64,000 nucleotides of DNA from Ionaspis alba (taxonomy: Eukaryota). The stretch lies in contig CAXUUL010000004.1 of assembly GCA_964255285.1 (NCBI GenBank), positions 1 through 64,000 of the forward strand, read 5' to 3'. The notes under the pieces are model-generated. The model did no database searches. It was not told the DNA's origin and saw only the letters and a program-made list of their open reading frames with translations. Position numbers and translations under genes: made by a program. Positions 26,223-38,543 of the stretch are shown here, piece after piece (positions within the stretch are counted from its first letter, which is position 1; every line of letters starts with the position of its first letter).

Positions 26223-27282
26223 ATGAGTGACCGACGGCGCATCAATGGCCCAGCTGGTGGAACTACGCCCCCCGTCTTCTCATCTACACTTCTTCGGGAC
26301 ACAACACCACTCAAGCAACGTCCAGGGCACTCCAAAGAGCCAAATGACTTGAAGAAAATATGTAGGTGCACGCTTCGGATATACGTTGCCCGATCTAGGA
26401 CTTGAGCTGACCTGACTCTCAGTCCTCAAGACCGGTCTCACTCCTTCTGCCTCTGGTTCAGCTTACCTAGAGCTTGAAGGGGCTTCGGAAGTAGACAAGA
26501 GTGGGGCTTCACTCGCAACTCCCTCTCCCACCATCAAACTGACCTGCACCGTTCATGGACCACGACCTCTTCCCCGCTCTGCCCCGTTCTCACCGAATGT
26601 CCTTCTCTCAACGCACGTCAAATTCGCACCCTTTGCTGCCAAGCAGCGCCGCGGATATATCAGGGACTCCAGTGAGCGTGATCTTGCTGTGCACCTAGAG
26701 TCAGCTCTTCGTGGTGTCCTCATTGGCGAGAGATGGCCCAAGAGTGGAGTTGATGTTGTCGTAACAATTCTGGAAGGACAAGAAGACAGTCTAAACAACG
26801 GAACTGGAGATGAAGAAGTCAAAGCCCATGGCTGTTCTGGAGCTCCCGGGATGATGTCCATTCTTGCTGGATGCATTACCGTTGCGTCTGCTGCCATCGT
26901 TGATGCTGGTCTGGACTGCGTTGACCTTGTCACTGGTGGAGTAGCTGCCATCGTACGCCAATCCCTGGACTCAAAAACAATCCTAAGACCCAATGGAGGT
27001 GGTCTTCCAACACAGGTTGTGCTTGATCCGGCTACATGTCCAGGCACAGACGTGATGGCTTGCTGTGTTCTCGGCTACTTGAAATCTCGGGATGAGATCA
27101 CTCAACTGTGGATAAGAGGTGGAATACCAACATCAGGGCCCGGCGAGCAAGACATCGTCGAATCTCTGATCGATGGAGCTGTCCGAGCTGCTGTTGCAGC
27201 AAGGCTTGTGCTGGTGGACGCTGTCAAAGAAGCGACCATGTTGAGGCTCCCTACTGCCAGCCCTAGACCAGATGAAGCTTGA
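26223..27282 (+). CDS. MTR3: Exosome RNase PH-like subunit Mtr3
   Basis: MSDRRRINGP...IFLKTGLTPSASGSAYLE...KLTCTVHGPRPLPR...ERWPKSGVDV...DAGLDCVDLV. Intron 26362-26422. Confidence 0.88.
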
Positions 27283-27695
27283 ATGGTTGGACAATTTGGT
27301 GTCACGATTCGTAGAGAATGGCATAAGAAAGCGCCTGTTTATGATACCCACTAAACTCTTGAGATAATCTCCAAGCATATGCAGAATTCAAGTATCCGAG
27401 CAGTCGACTCTTAGGCACATCTACCTGTGGCTGTGAGCATTCGCAATGTCGCAGCGGCTATGTGTATCTGTCAATGCATTGCTTTTGTGTTTGTGTGAGG
27501 CATCAAGATGTTGCAGCGCATTGAACGCTTTGTTCTTCTTCATCTCAATTAGATGCGAGCTGTTTCCCAACGATACCTCAGATTCCGCCGCCTGAGCGAT
27601 CTGGCTTTGCCCACATCCCAGGACCAGCTGCCACCGAACTACGGTTGAGCAGACTAGTTCAAACTTGAAAATCTAAATGATCACTATTGTCCTTC

Positions 27696-28489
27696 ATGCC
27701 CTCCAAGATCCAGCTAGACGAAGCACTGTGGTTTCTCCATATTTGCATGCAGAAATCGGACTACAAATGCGTGAGTGCAATCTTCAACAGCATCTCCCTT
27801 GGGCTAAGCTGAAATCGCAGATCGACTTCAACGCTGTGGGCAGAGAGACCAATCTCAAACCCCCAGCGGCTCGAATGCGTCTGACACGGTTGCGGCGGGA
27901 CATCGAGAATGGTAACCTGGTTGGTACTCATGGAACACCATTTCTAGGAGCTGCCGACCGGATTGCCGAAGCACGAAAGAAGAGAAAGAGACCTGTCTAC
28001 GAGATCGAAGCCCGTGAGGAAGATAAAGTTGATCGCGTGCGCACACGAAGTGGTAATTGGGATCCAGGAGCCTCGGGCGAACCCCTTTTACGAGAGCAAG
28101 AGCATCCTTCGAGCATTAGAAGCCAAGGTGAAGAGGAAGGTCATAGGCTCAATGCAACACGATGCTTGCGAAGAGCTCACCGACCATTGAAGAGCAGATA
28201 TGCAGTCAATCGATCCCCCGAACACGGTGTGGACGACGAGCTCTCCAAGGAGGGGCCCGATCTCGACATTCCCGGCTTCGAGGGTAGTATTGGGTTGCAC
28301 ATATCTGGAGGTGACGGTAGGCAGGAGCGGAAAGTCTCAAATGGCTCATCCCTGGAGAAGTGCGGTGATGGGACTCTGGGACTGGATACGGAACATAGAT
28401 ATCTGACCAACTGGCTACAAATGCCCAAAGTAGGCTACGTCGGAGGATCTGCTGGGAAAGGTGTGATTGAGAGGAGGATTTCATTGTGA
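27696..28489 (+). CDS. Small fungal Myb/SANT-like helix-turn-helix protein with a disordered C-terminus
   Basis: Intron 27771-27820 (GTGAGT...GCTAAG...CAG) gives MPSKIQLDEALWFLHICMQKSDYKC|IDFNAVGRETNLKPPAARMRLTRLRRDIENG, the D(F/W)xxVA...AARMR(Y/L)xRL pattern, followed by NLS-like RKKRKR. The ORF-track start at 27677 reads the intron and is probably wrong. Confidence 0.7.
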
Positions 28490-29338
28490 GCAACGTTCTC
28501 CGTTTTCGAATGAGGCATCTTTTCCGGAAGGAGCGTACCGGTCGTGGAAGGGCTTGTCAGTGTTAGGCACGCAATTTCTTCCATAAAGACTACATGGTTG
28601 ATGAGTTGATTTCCTACCTGATGCGGTTTCCATCCGAGAATTGTCGTCTGGATGAATTTACTCCTTTCTTGAATCGAATACAGTTCAATATTCATGCTGG
28701 CAACTTTCAGCGCTAACCACAAGCTGCCCTGCACTCATCTGTACGACCGAAGACTTGAATGGAACGACCACACATCGAGCTTTGATGCGAAATTATCACA
28801 CTGACAAGCATGCAGCTGTTGCCATAGGCCCATACACATACCGATGCTTTTTGGCTAGTTTGAGGTCTACCACAAGAGTCTACCTCTACGGAATTTGGGC
28901 CTGATCAGCATTAGAGGCAGCCGAGGAGGTGATGCGAACTATCTCAATTCCCGCTACCTACGGACAGCATTATTGTTGCGCAAGACACAGCAAGAGATTT
29001 GACACTTCTGGTCCTTGTCTCTCCAGGGAAATGGACGTTCGTGCTACCGAGCCGGGTCGGGAGAAGGCACCACACCGTGAAGGGATGACGTATGCTTGTC
29101 ATTGGTTGCTGGAGGTTGTCGTTACCGCAGGTATATTTTCGTACCCATGCTGTACACGTAAGCAAAGAGGCTTTCTGGTAGGCGATTCTGTTTGCTTCGT
29201 TTCTGAACCCGAAACTTCCCCGCAGGATCGGGCGCAAGACGAATGCAGAGCTTGCCTTAAGTAGGTCGTGGTACTAGGCAGGTAATCCCCCAAGTCGGAT
29301 CCAGGATCTCACATGTCGTGTCCCTTGGGATCGGGAAT

Positions 29339-29365
29339 ATGCAGGCAAATGCAGGCAAATGCAGG
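29339..29365 (+). repeat. Short tandem repeat (ATGCAGGCAA) x ~2.7
   Basis: atgcaggcaa atgcaggcaa atgcagg is directly visible in the intergenic region upstream of the aspartic protease. Confidence 0.7.
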
Positions 29366-30481
29366 GAGAACTCCATCAGATGCGGTCTGGAGTCTCTGAT
29401 CGCCTATAGGAGCAGTCACAGACATATACCCCTTGATATCATATGGCGAGGAAAAGTTGCGGTTGCAGATCGACAAGGTTGTGGAATGTTTCATGCCGTG
29501 GCCGAGCTGCAGGGTCGAGATGCCGATTGGTCAAGCATCCGCCAGACCCTTGCCTCCCCGGTCGGGTATGCATGATTCAGGCACAACAGAAGGCACGACG
29601 GCCACTAGTCCCGTAGCACGCGTTTCACGTAGAACTCAGCCTAAAGAAATTGCTGGCAGCCGATACGTTTTGCACGTCTTGCATCTCCTACCTTGGGAAC
29701 GCTGCTCTGGTACACACCCCGTGTATGCTAATTTCCAGCATGCTCGGATGCTTCGTGTGCTGGTAGGGGGGTGGAGCATCGGGAGGTTTCCCCCCTTCCC
29801 CCTCCCCCCATTACATGCGAGCAACCTTACTGGTCACCCCTCCAGCGTCAACAACAATAACTATGATAATAATGAAGGGGCCTCACCTCTAACCGGGCCT
29901 TCTGCGGGAGACTACCGCCGACCAGCTACTATCTTGGCCAGCTTGCATCCTGACCTATGGTCCAGCCGGATTCCTTCCAAGGCGTGACTTTGTCGATACC
30001 AGATATGCTTCACAATAATCTAAATAGCACATTCCCCCGCAGTCCTCAAAATCATCCCTTTTCGGCCCGTCACTTCTCACACCACCCATCTCTTTCCCCA
30101 TCGTGGCCCTAACGTGTTTCTCATGGGTGCCGCGAGATCGATCGTCCTCCCAAAGCCAAGCATTCGGTCCTGCCCTTGAAAGACGCTGGTGCCCTCCGCA
30201 CGTCCTGAGTTGTTTGACTTCACATTTCACTTCACCTCTTTGCCCTTCGAACCTCATCTCCTTCTCTTTCCTCTACACCATACCTCACTCATCACCGATT
30301 TCTCATCACAGATACACTCACTTTCATTTACGGGCCTTCACTTCCTACTCTGACCTACTTTGATTCATTCACTTCAGAGAAGCTTCCTACCTTAACATTC
30401 TACACGCTCTTTAAAATCCCAGACTACTTGAAGTAGTCCTTGTATCTCACCTGCTGGTCAGCTTCAACAACCTTCTCAACC

Positions 30482-31865
30482 ATGTACCACCTGTTGAACC
30501 TAGCACTTTGTGTGCTTCTTCTATTGCTCGATCACGCCTCAGCTGCCCCAACCAGCAAGCAGTCTCTCGTGCCTCGTTCCTTCAAGATCCACCACCATCC
30601 ACACGCCAAAACTGTTCGTAACGCTCATCGTGCGATGAGGAAGGCTTACGGCAAGTGGGGCATTCCCTTGCCAGAAGGCCTGACTGTCGTCCCTGCCGCA
30701 CGCAACAAAGCTTCCGATCCCTCCGGACAGACCGGAGAAGTCACGAATACCCCCACCCAGTATGACGCCTCTTTCGTGAGTCCGATCGAGATTGGAGGTC
30801 AAACTATCATGATGGATTTCGACACCGGTTCTGCCGACCTGTAAGTTTCATTCTCCTAGCATGGTGCGAGTTCGAGCGGTGGCTGATGGATTTTTGGCTC
30901 TTTAGTTGGGTCTTCAGTACATCCCTTCCTTCTGAGCAAGCGACTGGCCATACCCTATTCGACCCGGCAAAGTCTTCCACTTTCAAGCCCATAGATGGCG
31001 CCTCGTTCAAGATATCCTTTGGTGATAACTCCCGCGCGAACGGCATCGTTGGAACAGACACCGTTAATATCGGAGGCGCCATTGCTAACAATCAAGCGGT
31101 CGAGCTTGCGACGAGCGTCTCATCTTCCTTCACTAGGGACACCGCGTCGAACGGACTGGTGGGCCTCGGCTTCAGCAAGGTCAACACCGTCAAACCGAAC
31201 AAGCAGCTGACCTTCTTTGACAACATTCGCGATTCGTTAGCCAAACCAGTCTTCACCGCAAATCTCAAGCACGCCGCAACGGGTTTCTACGAGTTTGGCA
31301 GGATCGATACAGCCCAGTTCAAGGGCGACCTCACTTTCACCCCTGTGGATCCGTCCCATGGCTTCTGGCAATTCCCATCGACTACCTTCTCTGTGGGCAA
31401 AGGGCCAGTTCTGCCGAATCTCGAATCCAGTCCAGCCATCGCCGATACCGGTACGTCGCTACTGCTGGTCGATGACTCGTTGATCAATGGCTACTATACT
31501 CAGGTTGAGGGAGCCGCGTATGATCCATCTCAGGGAGGCGTTACTTTTCCTTGTAACTCCTCCCTGCCGGATTTGCATATAGCACTCGGCCCTACGTACG
31601 TGGCTACCATTTCCGGAGGATTAATGAATTTTGCACAGGTAACGTCTGAGGCCAGTGATCAACCAGCGTGTAAGTTTTGAAATACCCTCCGACCTTGTAT
31701 GCAGTGGTAACAGCCAGAACTAACTCGCTTGGCCTAGTCTGCTTCGGTGCAATGCAAGCTTCGAAGGGTGCTGGTGTCCAGATCCTAGGGGACGTTCTCT
31801 TTAAGGCGCAATTCGTCGTCTTCAACAATGGAGATACGACCATTGGCTTTGCGGACCATGCATAG
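30482..31865 (+). CDS. Secreted A1-family aspartic protease (aspergillopepsin/endothiapepsin-like)
   Basis: Signal peptide MYHLLNLALCVLLLLLDHASA, basic propeptide, catalytic DTGSADLW and DTGTSLL, C-terminal ILGDVLFKAQFVVF. Introns 30841-30905 and 31670-31737. Confidence 0.93.
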
Positions 31866-32401
31866 GATTCCATCACGCTAAGACCCCGGATCGGATCGGA
31901 AAACATCACGATAAAATCTTGCATCATGGATGAGAGCTTCAGATTCATGGTGGACTTGGAATTGCTCGTACAAACGACTTCAGGCTGACATTGGCTTGGG
32001 ATTCGACCTTTGATTCTTGTGCATAGACTCTTTCTTTTAGAGAGCTCCTATAGCCAGCAGTGCCAAACACTTAATGCTCAATCGTGACGCAAGGCTCCTC
32101 TCACCATACTGTGAAATGATTTCTAATGCTTGACTGATGAACCCCGTAGCCGATCTCAAAACTTAGTGGAGAGAGACCAGGATTGCCGAATCCTTACTCA
32201 TCGCCTTAGTCTCCCCGCGCCGGTCCGGCGTCATAACGAACACTACGCGATACACATACTTTATATATCCCACGAGGCCACTCCCTCTCCCTCTTCACGA
32301 TTTTACCATTTTTTATGAACATCGTTTTACGGAGGACGCTGTTTCCTGAATCTCAACTCATCGTCAACCAAACCAAAAGATTGATAGACCATTCCGCGAT
32401 C

Positions 32402-33664
32402 ATGTCTACTAACACGGTATGGTACACAGAACCCCATAGCGCTTTCGCTAATTCAATTGACCAAACGAATCCTTCTAGTCTGTGCAGAAAGGGCAAATCA
32501 CCAACTGGGCCGATTCGAAGACGGGAGAGTTCAAGCGTGGTCAATCTGCCTTTCGAAATTTCATTTCCAAGAAGCCTGGCGCCGAGTTTCCAGCAGAGAG
32601 GGGCAGATATCACCTCTATGTCTCTTACGCATGTCCCTGGGGTGAGTGGCCATTCGACGTCGACCAGATCGGAGTCCGAGTTAATCCGGATTGTAAGCCC
32701 ACCGAACACTCATCGTGCGGAAGCTGAAAGGCTTGGAGGAGATTATCCCATTCACATCTGTCCATTGGCATATGCAAGAGAAGGGTAAGGGCGGCTTCTC
32801 TTATACTGTTTTCTCCAATCCAGGTCCTTGGACTGACCTATCCTGCTCCATAGGCTGGCGCTTTGTGACCAAGGACGAGGAGCTTCCGGGAGAGAATGTC
32901 ACCCCCGATCCCATCAACCCCGCTTTCACTCATCTCCGAGATATATATTTCAGCGTCGATCCCGACTACTCAGGCAGATTTACGGTACCGACCCTGTACG
33001 ATGTAAAACAGAAGAAGATCGTCAGCAACGAATCGAGTGAGATCATTCGGATGTTCTACTCCGAGTTCGACGACATATTGCCCGAGAAGTACAAGAATGT
33101 GGACCTCTTCCCCGAAAAGCTGCAAGGGAAGATCGAAGAAACAAACAAGTGGACTTACGACGATATCAATAATGGCGTCTACAAGAGTGGCTTTGCGACG
33201 TTCGTAACCCCCACTCATTCGTCGAAGCCAAGCTAACCCCTACCAGGACGCAAGAAGCTTACGAAAACGCCGTCCAGCCCCTCTTCAAATCCCTCGACCG
33301 CGTCGAAGCCCACCTCGCCGCCAACGCCTCCCCCTTCTACTACGGCGCCAACATCACGGAAGCCGATGTTCGACTCTACACGACGATCGTCCGCTTCGAT
33401 CCCGTGTATGTTCAACACTTCAAGTGCAATATCCGCGATATCCGCAGCGGCTATCCGGCATTGCACAAGTGGTTGCGTACTTTGTATTGGGATGTACCCG
33501 CATTTGGCGAGACGACACAGTTTGAACACATCAAGAGACATTATACTAGGAGTCATACGCAGATAAACCCACCTAGTATCACACCGGTTGGACCTCTTCC
33601 GAATATTCTGCCAAAGGACAAAGAGGTTGCGGCTGTAGAGGAGGTGATGAAGTCCAAGAAGTGA
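32402..33664 (+). CDS. ECM4: Omega/Xi-class glutathione transferase (glutathionyl-hydroquinone reductase, Ecm4/Gto type)
   Basis: GRYHLYVSYACPWAHR, RFTVPTLYD, IVSNESSEIIR, INNGVYKSGFA, RFDPVYVQHFKCN, HIKRHYTRSH. Introns 32417-32478, 32642-32697, 32785-32853, 33200-33246. Upstream in-frame ATG at 32315. Confidence 0.9.
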
Positions 33665-34653
33665 AGTGTCTCGGAGAATGGCTCTGCTACTCGGTATCCC
33701 CTCAACATTGAACGCAATCGGTATCGAGATTGGATGAATCGCATTGATTGTTTCTCCTGTACATAATTACTTTTTCCCCTCCCTAACTGGCACAATTTTT
33801 ACGAAGGGTTGTCGATCACGATTCCAAATATATCTCACGCACCAGGGCAGAATTTAAGTATTATCGTTCTACAATTAACCGGGACAAACCGTAGTATGGG
33901 CCTGGAGAGGGTTCTGTAGTGTAACGATGGCTCGAACTGTCCTGTTGAGCGGTAAGTCTTGTTTGCGCATGGACACAGGCATGATCTAATAGAACTTTAT
34001 TGTAGCTTGAGCAGTATATGAGATTATCAAGTAGAAGCCGTACTTTAACGTCCTGGAGAGATGTTAGAGCTTCTCAAGCTTACAAGTAGATTAGTATGGG
34101 AAGAGAGAAACATTCGAGAGTTGTTAATAATGTCGTAGGCAGTCGCTGTGGTCAGCCTTAGCTTGCAAGCCTGGAGTTGAGGACCCCGGCCTGGTCAGTA
34201 ATCCTCGATTGCATCAGAGCCCGGAGGTAGAGCGTCTAATCTATTTTGGCCGTATCTTCCTGTCCATTCTTTCCAATTCCTTAACTCCTTGAAATCATTT
34301 TGAGCAACCGCGAAACTTCTTGTCACTGCTCCGCTGGTATATGCTATCCAACATTCTCTGTCCACAAAGGCTAACAGTAAGTCGGATCGTCACCCATAGC
34401 TCCAACAATATTCTCACAGCCGTTTCTAACTCCTTTTGCTCCTAGGAAGATAGCCACCGGTTACTCCGAGCGTTTTCACAACCCTTTCTCTTTCACCGTT
34501 ATCCTCGGAATCCTCATTACCAGACATTCAGCTCGCACGTGTGCGAGCAACGTACGAGTCACCAACATTCACTCCCACGCCGATATTCCGGAGGCGGACA
34601 AAGTGAGCAAGAGGAAGGCGTCCAGTGAAGATCTACGCCCTTCCAAGAAGATC

Positions 34654-37600
34654 ATGATGGTGAGTCGAGAAAGCCGAGCAATCAGACACATGACTCCTGC
34701 CGCTTGCGATCCGTTCGTCTGTTACTCTTCGAGCACTATATATCTGGGAGAACACTCTCAAAGCCTATCCACAGAACCTACAGCTCTTGACTTTGGAGCT
34801 GCGTTGTGCAGAACCTTTTTTCCAACTTCAAGCACTAACGAAACCAAACTAGGACACCAAAATGGAGGTCGATAGTCCTCCGACTAACGGCGCTATGGCA
34901 CCCAAGGACGCGGACATCGACGAGTCGCTCTATAGCCGGCAACTGTACGTGCTCGGTCACGAAGCTATGAAGCGGATGGGCTCTTCGCATGTCTTGATAG
35001 CCGGTATGAGGGGGCTCGGTGTTGAGATCGGTATGTACCCCCATCTGTGTCTAATGCTGTAGTCTTGTGGTGAACATTTACAGCCAAGAATATCGCTCTC
35101 GCCGGCGTCAAATCATTGACACTATGGGATCCTGCACCAGCCGCGCTTCCAGATCTTTCTTCTCAGTTCTTTCTACACCCTGAAGATGTTGGCAAGCCCA
35201 GAGCCGAAGTCACAGCTCCTAGGGTCGCGGAATTGAATGCATATACACCCGTCTCTGTACATCCTTCAAAAAGTCTGACAGCCGATCCCAGCCACCTGGA
35301 CCGTTTCCAAGTCGTTGTTCTCACAGGCGTACCGCTCAAAGACCAAGTGATCATCGCCGACCATTGCCACAAAAACAATATCTTCCTAGTGATCGCCGAT
35401 ATCTATGGGCTGTTTGGCTCTATTTTCACGGACTTTGGCAAAGAGTTTCCTTGTGTGGACCCTACAGGGGAAGCTCCACTGAGCGGTATTGTTGCCGGTA
35501 TCGACGAGGAAGGACTGGTTTCGGCCCTCGATGAGACTCGGCACGGTTTGGAAGACGGGGATCTCGTGACTTTTTCGGAACTTCAGGGCATGGAGAAGCT
35601 GAATGATGCCGAACCGAGGAAAATTACTGTGAAAGGCCCGTACACTTTCTCCATCGGCGACGTTTCAGGACTTGGGAAATACGCACGCGGAGGTTTGTAT
35701 ACTCAAGTCAAGAAACCCAAACTCATCCATTTCGAACCACTGTCGGCACAACTTAAGAAGCCTGAATTGATGATCTCCGACTACGCCAAGTTCGATCGTC
35801 CTCAACAGCTTCACATTGGTATCATGGCCTTGCACACATTCGTGGAACATCACAAAGGGCAGCTCCCGCGCCCGTACAACGACGAGGATGCCACCGATGT
35901 TCTGAAGCTTGCTAAGTCTTTGGCAGGAAATGGTGAAGATAAGGTTGAATTAGACGAGAAGTTGATCAGGGAACTAAGTTACCAGGCTCGTGGTGACCTT
36001 AGTCCAATGGCCGCTTTCTTTGGAGGTCTCGCCGCACAGGAGGTCCTGAAGGCCGTGTCAGGAAAATTCCATCCTGTTGTGCAGTGGCTCTACTTTGACT
36101 CTCTGGAATCGCTCCCAACCTCAATCAGACGCTCGGAAGAGCTGTGTAAACCTCAAAACACGCGCTACGACGGACAAATTGCTGTATTCGGCAAAGAATT
36201 CCAGGAGAAGATCGCCAATACCAAGCAGTTCTTGGTTGGTGCTGGTGCCATTGGCTGCGAGATGTTGAAGACATGGGCAATGATTGGTCTAGCTACTGGA
36301 CCGAATGGGAGGATCAGCGTTACCGATATGGATCAAATAGAGAAGAGCAACTTGAATCGACAGTTCCTCTTTCGACCAAAGGATGTCGGGAAGATCAAGA
36401 GCTCTTGTGCCGCGGAAGCCGTGCAAGCAATGAACCCGGATCTGAAAGGGAAGATTTTCCCACTGACCGATCGAGTGGGCCCAGATACCGAGCACATTTT
36501 CAACGAGGATTTCTGGGAGGGACTCGATGGAGTCACCAATGCCCTGGACAACGTGGACGCGCGGCAATATGTTGACCGACGCTGCGTGTTCTTCCGTAAG
36601 CCTCTGCTAGAAAGCGGGACTCTTGGGACCAAGGGTAATACGCAAGTCGTTCTTCCAAACTTGACGGAGTCCTATTCGAGTTCTCAAGATCCTCCGGAGC
36701 AATCGTTCCCACAGTGCACCTTGAAGAGTTTCCCCAACAAGATTGAGCATACGATAGCGTGGGCCAAGGAGAAATTTCATTCATACTTTGTTGGACCACC
36801 GGAGACGGTCAACTTATACCTGTCGCAGCCAAACTACTTGGAGCAGACACTCAAGCAGTCTGGCAATGAGATCGGAACGCTAGAAAATCTGAGAGATTTT
36901 TTGGTCACAGAGAAACCGGCCAACTTCGAGGACTGTATTGTCTGGGCACGGCTTATGTTCGAGAAAGAATACAACAACGCTATTCGCCAACTACTCTATA
37001 ACTTCCCAAAAGACTCGAACACAGCCACCGGTGTGCCGTTTTGGTCCGGCCCGAAACGTGCTCCTGACCCGTTGAAGTTCGATATTAACAACCCTACCCA
37101 CATAGGATACGTAGTTGCAGCTGCCAATCTTCATGCATTCAACTACGGCATCAAAGGCAATGGAGCCGACAAGAGCCACTACGTCAAAGTCTTGGACACC
37201 ATGACCATACCCGAATTCAACCCAGACCCTAATGTCAAGATTCAAGCTGACGACAAAGAACCTGACCCAAACGCGCAACCTACTGGATCTCGTTTTGATG
37301 ACAACGACGAACTGCAGAAGATCGCTCAGCAATTGCCACCTCCGAAGTCGCTTTCGGGCTTTAAGCTTGAACCCGTCGAGTTTGAGAAGGACGATGATTC
37401 GAACCACCACATCGATTTCATCACTGCAGCTAGCAATCTCCGAGCCGAGAACTATGCAATTGCCCCTGCCGATAGGCACAAGACCAAGTTTATCGCGGGA
37501 AAGATCATTCCTGCCATAGCAACGACCACCGCCCTTGTTACAGGCTTGGTTGTCCTTGAGCTCTATAAGATTATCGACGGTAAGGATGATATCGAGCAAT

Positions 37601-38061
37601 ACAAGAACGGCTTCGTCAACCTCGCTCTGCCCTTCTTTGGCTTCAGCGAACCGATTGCTAGCGCTAAAGGGGAATACATGGGCACGAGTGGAAAAGTGAC
37701 GGTTGACAAAGTGTGGGACCGGTTCGAGCTCGGCAACGTTACCCTCACAGAGTTCCTCGAACACTTTAGGGGACTTGGTCTCGATGTCATGATGATTAGT
37801 TCTGGAGTCAGCTTGCTGTATGCTAGTTTCTACCCACCGAAGAAACTGGCAGATCGTATGGATTTGAAGTGAGTCATCATTTTACGGTGCTTCTCAAACA
37901 TGTGCTAACACTCTCAATATAGACTGGACCAGCTTGTCGAGACCATCAGTCGAAAACCAATTCCCGAGCATCAAAAGAACGTGATCTTCGAGGTCACGGC
38001 AGAGGACCAGAACGGGGAAGATGTAGAGATTCCCTTTGTTCAGGTTAGGGTCAAGGAGTAG
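34654..38061 (+). CDS. UBA1: Ubiquitin-activating enzyme E1
   Basis: [40 protein letters not shown], catalytic [31 protein letters not shown]. Introns 34660-34852, 35031-35083, 37869-37922. A further 5' intron lies at 34377-34445. Confidence 0.96.
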
Positions 38062-38543
38062 ATCTGCGGATTTAGGGAACAGTATACTTCGACATGGGTA
38101 TTCAAACCGGGCTTGTATAGATTCAGGGAGTGAGAACGGTTTGGAATGCGTGCATGGTTGCTTCGGGATAAGACTGTATTCACCAATGCTATAATGGGCC
38201 AGAGAGAGTTCGGTGCGCATGCATTAGATAGATCTCAATCAGATTCACATTCAAAATATCAAGGAACTTCTGGTTCCAGTCAATTGCAAAAAAGTTTTAC
38301 TTTCAGGAGCCATCGGGGGGTTAGAGATCAATCATCAAGTGAATCCACATGTGGTAGTTGAGCTTCTACGAACGCCGTTGCCAAGCTATACTGTGATTTG
38401 TCAAGCTCCACGGAACAACACACGGTGGTAGAGGAGCTCAATGTCTTTGGAGCGCTCAGACTTGAGCCGTTTCATTGAAGAATGCTTCCCCTCTAGAAAT
38501 CAATAAATGAGCTCGGTAGTCCAGCAGCAGAGTCTCTATAAAC

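Noticed and set aside
28500..30440. Several 60-184 aa ORFs upstream of the aspartic protease
   Set aside because: They overlap on both strands with no motifs or coherent splice model. A long promoter and pyrimidine-rich 5' leader explains the region better.
36991..37764. 257-aa antisense ORF inside UBA1 (and similar antisense ORFs in FIG4, SYF1, ESF1 and the PPR gene)
   Set aside because: Shadow ORFs caused by codon bias of the sense gene, with no independent coding features.
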